A DNA stretch of 64,000 bases from NCBI GenBank assembly GCA_002010065.2, contig MTMD02000002.1:320001-384000 (forward strand), given 5' to 3'. Position 1 is the first letter of the stretch, and the number at the start of each line of letters is the position of its first letter. This document shows positions 62,341 to 64,000 of this stretch, one piece after another. Source of the stretch: Candidatus Pyrohabitans jungbluthii (GTDB lineage Archaea; Hydrothermarchaeota; Hydrothermarchaeia; Hydrothermarchaeales; BMS3B). A program made the position numbers and the translations under genes. The notes under the pieces are model-generated. The model did not search any database. It was given only the letters and a program-made list of their open reading frames with translations, and was not told the DNA's origin.

Positions 62341-64000
62341 TCAGCCCTTTAACGTCGGGAGGAGTATCCTGAAGGTGCTCCCCTTCCCGGGCTCGCTCTC
62401 CACGCTTATCTCACCTCCGTGACGCCTTATTATGCTGTGGCTTACCGCAAGTCCCAAGCCGGTACCGTTCTTCTCCTTTGTTGTGAAGAAGGGGTCAAAA
62501 ATTCGCGACAGGTGCTCCTTCTTTATACCCACCCCAGTGTCGCTTATCTGAATCTCCACGATGCCGTTCCTTTTCCGCGTAGTTATGCGTATCTCTCCTC
62601 CCCGAGGCATAGCGTGGCACGCATTGGTTATAAGGTTCACCAAGACCTGCTGAAGCATCGTCTTATCTCCCGCCACCTTGGGAACCTTCTCAAGCTTCTT
62701 CACTACTCTTACGCGGTGCCTCTCAATTATATTTCCTAAGAAACCCAGCGTCTCCTCAATCGCGGCGTTTATATCCACCTCCTCAAAGTTTACGAAGCCC
62801 TCCCTGGAGAACTCCAGCAGCCCGCGTATTATGTTCGAGGCGCGCTGCACCTGCTGGAGTATCATATCCACATCCTCCTCCTTCGCTTTGCCTGCCTGCA
62901 TGTCCTCCTTTATAAGCTGCGCAAGCAGGTAGATGTTATTCAGCGGGTTGTTGAGCTCATGCGCTATGCCCGCAGCCAGCATGCCCAGCGAAGCAAGCTT
63001 TTCTGAGATTAGAATCTTCTGCTCCATCTGCTTGCGCTGGGTAACGTCGCGAGAAATCGCGAGAACCATCTTCTTCCCGCGGAATTCCATGAGCTTTGCG
63101 CTGACCTCTACCGGATAAGTGGTGCCATCTCTGCGGAGGTGCTCGGACTCAAAGAAGATGCTCTTCTTCTCAAGAAGCTCTTTTATAACATCTGGGAACT
63201 TCTCCCTCCTATCCTCCGGGAGAATATCCTGAATCCTCATTCTAAGAAGCTCTTCCCTGGTGTAGCCGAGGCGCTTTGCACCGGTCCTGTTAACCTCAAG
63301 TATGTTTCCCTCAAAATCATGCAGAAATATGGAATCCAGAGCACTTTCAATAAGAGTGCGATACTTCTCCTCGCTCTCGCGCAGCGCCTCCTCGGCGCGC
63401 TTCCGCTCTATCACAAAAGCAATGTGACTGGCGATGGTCTGGGCCAGCTGGACTTCCTCCTCACTGAAGCGGTGGGGTTTGTTGTAATAACTCATGAACT
63501 TCCCCAGCAGCCGTCCCTGGGACACGAGGGGAATGAACCCCAAGGCGTGGATGCCTTCACCGAGGATCACTGCCCGCAGCGCCTCTAAACCTGGCTCCTC
63601 TGCCACATTGGAGATGAGAATCGGCTGCGGGTTCTTTTCGTTGGGCGACCAAGGCGAATGTCCTTCCACGGCCTTCCTGTAGCCCTCTGAAAGCCCTCGC
63701 CAGGCTTTGAAGCGCATGACACCATCCGGGTCAAACAGCAGGATGGCGGCTCTATCCGCCTTAAGCGTGCGCTGCAGAGCGTTTAATGCTTCTTCGTAAA
63801 TCTCCTCAATAGCCCCTGCCCTGCTGACAGCCTCTGCCATGTGGTAGATAGTCTGGAGCTGGTCCAGGCGGCGATGAAGCTCTTCCTCGGCGCGCTTTCG
63901 CTGGGTGATGTCCCGCATAATCGATATGAAGCCCTTAATCTTTCCCTTATCGTCCTTCAGAGCGGTAGCGGTAAGTTCTACAGGAAACCGCTCCCCGCTC
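62341..64000 (-). CDS. PAS-GAF-PAS sensor histidine kinase (5' end outside the window)
   Basis: The frame stays open past 63918 (SGERFPVELTATALKDDKGKIKGFISIMRD, a PAC motif); GAF; PAS; H-box AHELNNP; HATPase boxes. Confidence 0.92.
   Translation of the reverse strand, partial: SGERFPVELTATALKDDKGKIKGFISIMRDITQRKRAEEELHRRLDQLQTIYHMAEAVSRAGAIEEIYEEALNALQRTLKADRAAILLFDPDGVMRFKAWRGLSEGYRKAVEGHSPWSPNEKNPQPILISNVAEEPGLEALRAVILGEGIHALGFIPLVSQGRLLGKFMSYYNKPHRFSEEEVQLAQTIASHIAFVIERKRAEEALRESEEKYRTLIESALDSIFLHDFEGNILEVNRTGAKRLGYTREELLRMRIQDILPEDRREKFPDVIKELLEKKSIFFESEHLRRDGTTYPVEVSAKLMEFRGKKMVLAISRDVTQRKQMEQKILISEKLASLGMLAAGIAHELNNPLNNIYLLAQLIKEDMQAGKAKEEDVDMILQQVQRASNIIRGLLEFSREGFVNFEEVDINAAIEETLGFLGNIIERHRVRVVKKLEKVPKVAGDKTMLQQVLVNLITNACHAMPRGGEIRITTRKRNGIVEIQISDTGVGIKKEHLSRIFDPFFTTKEKNGTGLGLAVSHSIIRRHGGEISVESEPGKGSTFRILLPTLKG

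Noticed and set aside
1-64000. rRNA, tRNA, CRISPR arrays, transposases/integrases, selenocysteine recoding
   Set aside because: None recognised by eye, and the Mo enzymes have Cys codons with no in-frame TGA. A tRNAscan/Infernal run would be needed to exclude small RNAs.

Overview
This is archaeal (euryarchaeal-type) chromosomal DNA. The evidence is rpoL/Rpo11, TFS, exosome Csl4, NreA, eukaryote-type GlyRS, class III signal-peptide pilins with an EppA-like peptidase, GGAGGTGA ribosome-binding sites and TATA-box promoters. Gyrase, an F420-binding FrhB fold, c-type cytochromes, Nap and a CGP-CTERM anchor together suggest a thermophilic anaerobe such as Ca. Hydrothermarchaeota (inference only). 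The first ~24 kb is an anaerobic-respiration island with two parts. (i) moeA is divergent from an operon for a Tat-exported Psr/Arr/Anr-clade molybdoenzyme with an atypical Asp-substituted FS0 motif. It has a [3Fe-4S]-type beta subunit, a diheme lipoprotein cytochrome instead of an NrfD anchor, TorD, FmdE-like and tatA genes. An AioX/ArrX-like binding protein, sensor kinase and REC-wHTH regulator follow, then an unannotated decayed acr3 arsenite-exporter fragment. This looks like an archaeal arsenic/antimony-oxyanion respiration and sensing module. (ii) A beta-propeller, heme-c kinase and REC-wHTH sensing triad precedes napA-lipoprotein-napGHD (no napB/napC in the window), a circularly permuted FpoF/FrhB-type F420 oxidoreductase, and a CGP-CTERM-anchored octaheme HAO-like cytochrome. 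The remainder is mostly housekeeping: nreA, ogt, queC-DUF366-queE-queD, glyS, a pilin locus, gyrA, the csl4-rpoL-tfs cluster and an MNT-HEPN toxin-antitoxin pair. Two striking oddities occur there. A class III ribonucleotide reductase is split in the middle of its Zn ribbon, with the glycyl-radical loop on a separate glutaredoxin-fused polypeptide. RNA polymerase subunit Rpo11 carries an inserted helix-hairpin-helix domain. No rRNA, tRNA, CRISPR array or transposase was recognised. All family assignments come from motif recognition by eye, not database searches.
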